DNA from: Mytilus californianus
Lineage: Eukaryota
NCBI RefSeq assembly: GCF_021869535.1
Contig: NW_026262679.1
Location: 19,220,001-19,284,000 of the forward strand
Length of the DNA stretch: 64,000 nt
Direction: 5' to 3'
A program made the position numbers and the translations under genes. Below the pieces are notes generated by a model. The model was not told where the DNA came from. It made no database searches and saw nothing but the letters and a program-made list of their open reading frames with translations. Numbering within the stretch: position 1 is the stretch's first letter; every line of letters starts with the position of its first letter. Of the stretch, positions 58,714 to 64,000 are shown in pieces.

Positions 58714-58803
58714 CATCATCATCATCGTCGTCGTCGTCGTCGTCCTCCTCCTCCTCCTCCTCCTCCTCCTCCTCCTCCTCCTCCTCCTCATCATCATCAT
58801 CAT
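58714..58803. repeat. Compound trinucleotide microsatellite (CAT)n(CGT)n(CCT)n(CAT)n
   Basis: Directly visible. Confidence 0.95.
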
Positions 58804-58839
58804 TTGAGAACTGCACGAAGAGTTGCTTGCACAAAATAC

Positions 58840-59000
58840 ATAAAAAATCGTCATAGATACCAGGCTTATAATTTTGTACGCCAGACTCGCGTTTCGTCTA
58901 CAAAAGACTCATAAGTGACGTTCGAATAAAAACAGATAAAATGCCAAATAAAGTACGAAGCTGAAGAGCATTTAAGACCTCAAAATTCCATAACCGTTAT
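58840..59000 (-). mobile_element. Retrozyme fragment with a mutated hammerhead
   Basis: Minus strand CGTCA-CTTATGA-GTCTTTTGTAGAC-GAAA-CGCGAGTC/TGGCG; CUGAUGA core has G>U. Confidence 0.65.
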
Positions 59001-60210
59001 TATTGAATATTGCTGAAAATTTTCAAAGCTTCACAACACGAAAATCCACCAAAATGATCAAATGTATCTACAGTATGTGGTTCATGTTACAAACCTAAAT
59101 ATGGAAACAATTTACAAAGTTTGATTGTTTGATCGATTGGTGTTTAACGCCACTGTCAGCACTATTGTGCTATTTCGTGGTGGTCAGTTTTTATTGGATG
59201 GAGGAAGGCTCTTTGTTAATAACGATAAGAGTCCTAGTTTAGTTCAATCTGTTTTCTTTACCCGCCATCCAACATTTTTATCTATTAAACCGCACAATAA
59301 CAAAACAGATTTGCGCAATATGTTATTTATCAAAGTTATAGATTCCTATACATTATAGTTAGCCGTATTGTTTATATCACATTCATATATAATTAGAGCA
59401 AATGTACAAATATCGTTCTTGACGACTGACATGGATTTCTAAGTTGTGTTATTTTTAATTATATATATATATAATGAGGTTTGTATATTTTGTTCCTAAT
59501 TTTTTCCTTCTTTTATGAATTTATAGACTGTTACTCTCTGAAACAAACTTGAAAAAGTGTTACCAAGTAGTATTCAAGTGCGATATGAAAGTTTTACACT
59601 TCCTATTAAAAATCCTCGTAAGTTTAATTGTTTTTTTTTCAAATAATTTTAAATTTAAACACATGGATTTTAAATTATACCACAGAAGTATGTATATTGC
59701 AGTCATATATCTTTGCATGCAGTAATTTGATCATGTGTGTATGATTGTCACTTTGTATATGACCATGAGTGTTCTACATGCTTATTTTGATATTCATAAG
59801 TCACTGTAGTTAAAACATATTTTATTGTTCAGAAACTAAACAAACGATTTCTTCTCCAGTCCCTGTATTATAGAAACTGAAATTGTTATTGCTATTATAT
59901 TAATATATTCTACAGCTTTAATATTGAAAAACGTCTATGGTGTGTCAATTAATGACACAAAATAACTACCCGCACTAGAAATAACCAAAAGCAAAGGATA
60001 AGCGCTGCCAATGATATTCTCCGTCTCATCGTCATTAGACGTTCAATTAAACAGGTCATGTTTTCAGGAAACACTGCATGTGCTGTTGCTACATGATTTT
60101 ATTACATTCTGGTTTCGAAGTATACATTAGGCAATGTTATCAGGCTAATTAAACGTGTTTTGAAGAATGGTTTTAGAAGATGGTTGGTCGGTTCAATTAA
60201 AAAATGATTA

Positions 60211-63200
60211 ATAGGCGAGTGACATTTTTCAAAAAGACGCTTAGTTAACGACTTTAATGCACCCACCTAACATACGGCTATATTATATATCATTCGGAAG
60301 CTTATTATCTGTACTTTCTGTTTTGCCCGGTCGTTAATAATTCGTACGGTGCAATTTTTGTTAAATCAAGGTCAAAAATGAACATTCCTAAATTTCGCAA
60401 AAAATTAAACAAAATAGTCCTTGCTGGTTCTTGTGTGATAATTTTTTTTTCTTCAAAAAATCATATGAACATAATAGAACAGAATACCAGAATTCTAAAT
60501 CAAGTGCACATTAAAATGTTAATTGCGCAATAGTTACAGAAAATTAGCAATTTTTTAAAAATCCTTCAAAAATGATGAAATTGCGCTAAAAGCCAAATAT
60601 TTCTTTATGTATCAATATTAATATGTCAAAAATAGAAAAACAAATTATCGTTTATAGGTGAAGGAAACTTTTTTTTTCATATTAAATTGCAATTGATATA
60701 ATATTGGTCAGGAATCAGCCTTCGTAAGAAGCTTTTGCAGTTGCCTTTAAAACTACCATCTGCATATATGAATTATTTTGCTTTTCATTGTTTAGATAAC
60801 ATATCGATTGTTGTCAATATCAGGAGAAAATAATTAATCATATTTAAAAAAAGGGGTAATAAAAGTGAGTAAGGAATACACAAGGTATATATAATAGAAA
60901 TATATTTTTATTCGATGTCGAAAGTGGAGGACATTTCAAGAAGTTTATTCTCGTTCAATATTCGAATAATACTGTTTGCGCCACACGCTTTACAATCACA
61001 AATCCGGCTATTAGTTATTTTAGCACATTATTACAAACTAATTTAGTATGATATTTGTTTTATCAAATATGACTGAAAATTTATATTGTGGAAGATTGAT
61101 TACCCTTCCTGACCAACTTCAATCATCATTGGTTTCAGGTAGTGTCCGTACATTTAGGTGTAGTGTTTTGAGAATTGTTGTTTGTCTGTCCTACTTTTTT
61201 CGCTTCGTTCATGGTGTTATATGTGTGTTTATCGGAAATGTAGGCTTCATCTTGTCCCTACGCCCATTTGTGTTTTGTTCTTTCCATTCACATGTCAATC
61301 CATTAGTCTTTAAAACTTTGAAGATAACAATACTCCTATTACATTGCTTGGTATAGTAATTTAGTGAAGATCAAAACATGAAAACAACACGTTATAAATT
61401 TCATGTGTCCGAATCGCTTTTCTTGATTTTGCCTTCTTTAGGAACGCTCAAAGCCGAATATTTGAAAGCCAAGGATGTATAAGAACCGAAACAGTTGAAG
61501 AGCTGTATTACCAAAAAGGACCTAAAAATAGCCAAATTCATCTAAGGTCAAGTTTGCCTGAGGGAATGGATTTGATTCATGATAAACACATTCAAAAAGA
61601 GTTAAATAGCAAGCAATTCAAATTCACCATTACAGTCCTGGATGTAAGTTATCTTATTTTTTTTAACGCTTCTTTATCTTCATTTTAACATACCATCTTG
61701 CATGGTTATTTTAAGGTCAAATTATATCAGACACTTATTGCAGTTATGAGATCTTCGCACCATTAGAAAACCAAACGAATAGATTATAGAATGCAAAGCA
61801 TTGTAAAGTAAAAAAAAAAAAAAAAAAAAGAAAAAAGAAAAGACAATACTTCAAATCAACCTATTTTGGCAACCATTTTATTTACGTGACTTTTTTATTA
61901 GAAAAATAACGCAAAGGAAAAAACCTCGTTCTTCTTTAGTATGAAAATATGAAATCACCAAAAAATCGCTGCCAGGTCAATGTGCTATGTTTTGTTAGAG
62001 GTAGCTTACTTTTACAAAACATTCTTGGTGATGATTGGTTAAATTGTTGGTGTGACACATACCCAGTAATGTTTTTCTTTATAGCTATTTATTTTACATG
62101 TAAAAATTTAACCATTTAGGAAATCTAATTATAACTATAATTATTGCGAATTGCTAGAATTTTCAAATCAAAAGAAATAGATTGTAAGTTAATGTAAATA
62201 AAATCCTCTTAGATACCAGGCTTGGAATGTTGCACGCTAGACGTGCGTTCCGTCTACAAAAGACTCACCAGTGACACTAGAATAAAAAAAAAGCAGGAAG
62301 TTGAAGAGCATTGGGTACCCAACATTTCGAAAGGTTTTGTCTAATACAGCTAAGGTTATTTACTCCCGGGGTAGAAAATCCGTAGTATTTGTAAAAATGA
62401 AATGTTTTGTAAACAGTTGATTTATAATTATGGCCATATCAGTGATAATTCATGTCAACGCAGAAGTGCTGACGACTAGGCTGATGCTACCATCGGGTAG
62501 GAAACCCCAATCAGCAGTGTCATCGACCCAGTAGTTTTAAATAAACTCGTAGATACCTGGCTTAAATTTTGTACGCAAGACGCGCGTTTTGTCTACAAAA
62601 GACACATTAGTGACGCCCCAATCAAAAAAGTTAAAAGAGCCAGATAAAGTATGAAGTTGAAGAGCATTGGGGACCCAAAATTCCGAAATGTTTTGCAAAA
62701 TACAACATGCAACTGTATGTAACTGCAACATGTCAATTTTTTTACAAGAACATTACGTAGTTTGATAGGTTTTCCTACTTCGGACAGACACAATTATCAT
62801 TTTCAGTGTCTAGAATATAATAGTTTTTATTTTTTTTCGTCAATGCACGATGCAGTTGATGCAACCAAGAAAACATTTTTTTCTAATTTGTATAAGAGAA
62901 ATATTTGAAATTCAACTTTTCATTAATTTACTTACTAACTATGAAATTATCTATTAATGCATTTATTTTTTTTTGGCTAGCTTAATATTTATATATAAAG
63001 TCCTTTATTTCTTTTCATAATAATCATGAAATAACAAACAAAATAACAAGAAATGATAGTCTGGCTACTCAACTACATATTGAAATAATTTATCTCCCTA
63101 AATTCCCATAAAAACATGAATCCCGCGTGTATTATTGCCTTTAAACATTTATGCATTTTTATTTTTTTTTCTTCAACCTAATATTGACTACATAAAGATT

Positions 63201-63771
63201 GTTTTCACGTAAAACAGCTAAAAAGCAATTTTTTTGCAGATGGTGGTATTTTGGGCAACTGTATAGGTTATTATGATTGGTTGTGTGTAATTAGCAAAAA
63301 GCGTGATTGCAGTAACATAAGGATGCCAAAAGCTTCCTTAGCACGAAATGAAATATGCTATTTAGTTTTATAGTGATTAACAATTGAATCACAGACAAAT
63401 ATTCTGGTTTTCACTCATTTTTATCATTTGCACTGTAATTTCTGGAAAAAGGCGCTATTAATTAAAAATACGTCATTTATATTTTAAAGTGTGTTTGATA
63501 ATTGACAAAAATTCTCTGTTCGTAAAGTTTTTCACATTTCCATACAGAATTTTATTATTTCAAAGACAGAATATGCAAAAATCTTGTAAAATACGAAATT
63601 TTCCGTCCTTGATTTTTCATCGCGATTTGAAAAAAAAATGCACCGTCCAAATATTTGACGACCGGGCACAAAGATAGTACAGATGATATGCTTTCGAATG
63701 GTATATGATTTAGCCGTATGTTAGGTGGGTGCATTAAAAATAAAATTGTGTGGTTAATGTCACTCGACTAT
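60211..63771. mobile_element. Possible ~3.6-kb non-autonomous DNA element bounded by ~160-bp inverted repeats (or two independent inverted insertions)
   Basis: ATAGGCGAGTGACA...AATGCACCCACCTAACATACGGCT...GCCCGGTCGT at 60211-60360 is mirrored at 63630-63771. Confidence 0.5.
62205..62720 (-). mobile_element. Retrozyme relic, ~1.5 monomers with two degenerate hammerheads
   Basis: GTCTACAAAAGAC stem II at ~62250 and ~62590; cores mutated (CUGGUGA/GGAA and CUAAUGU/AAAA). Confidence 0.6.
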
Positions 63772-64000
63772 AAGCCGATCCTTTTCTCAGTAAAAAGTAT
63801 CTATAATATATAAAATATACATGTAGATGTACTTTTGTATTTATTTTTGTAATGAGTGGCTATTGAATGACGCATCTACCCACACATGACTTTATTCCAT
63901 ATAGACTTTTCGGGAGCAATGAATTAAAATAAATTTTGCATAGCCGGTGACTGTATCGACTGTTTATATTTCCTTAACAAGGAAGGATGACAAAATGTAA

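Noticed and set aside
58571-58914. Poly-Leu and poly-Pro/His ORFs
   Set aside because: Translation artefacts of the compound microsatellite.

Overview
AT-rich animal genomic DNA. The repeat families (tRNA-derived SINEs, HINE-type elements, hammerhead retrozymes) suggest a bivalve, probably a Mytilus-type mussel; this is inference, not a database match. (1) 1-24.4 kb: a tandem array of four intronless, minus-strand Cdc25 phosphatase genes of only 257-267 aa. They keep the catalytic domain (HCEFSSERG) but lack the long N-terminal regulatory domain. Three near-identical copies sit in ~7.1-7.4 kb units and a diverged fourth copy follows. The 3' flank of every copy carries a 15-16 bp satellite that reads CUGUGAUA on the mRNA strand, the K-box / miR-2 family 8-mer seed match (about 11-17 perfect sites per copy), with spacers resembling the miR-2/miR-13 3' region. 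Intact type I hammerhead ribozymes in retrozyme-like repeats lie just beyond. This Cdc25 + K-box array is the most interesting candidate system. (2) 25.2-29.2 kb: a decayed Ginger/KRBA2-type integrase transposon with TIRs and a TATA target duplication, carrying a nested 5'-truncated LINE with an intact RT ORF. (3) 29-42 kb: repeats and satellites. (4) 42.7-54.5 kb: a spliced minus-strand Schlafen-like gene (AlbA_2 domain + SWADL-like linker + SF1 helicase). Six phase-compatible exons give an open ~839-aa frame. It has a Gln at the second catalytic Glu position, decayed 5' exons, and intronic tandem copies of its own splice acceptors. (5) 54.8-64 kb: a CR1 fragment, MITEs, degenerate retrozymes and microsatellites. 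All counts and alignments were done by eye.
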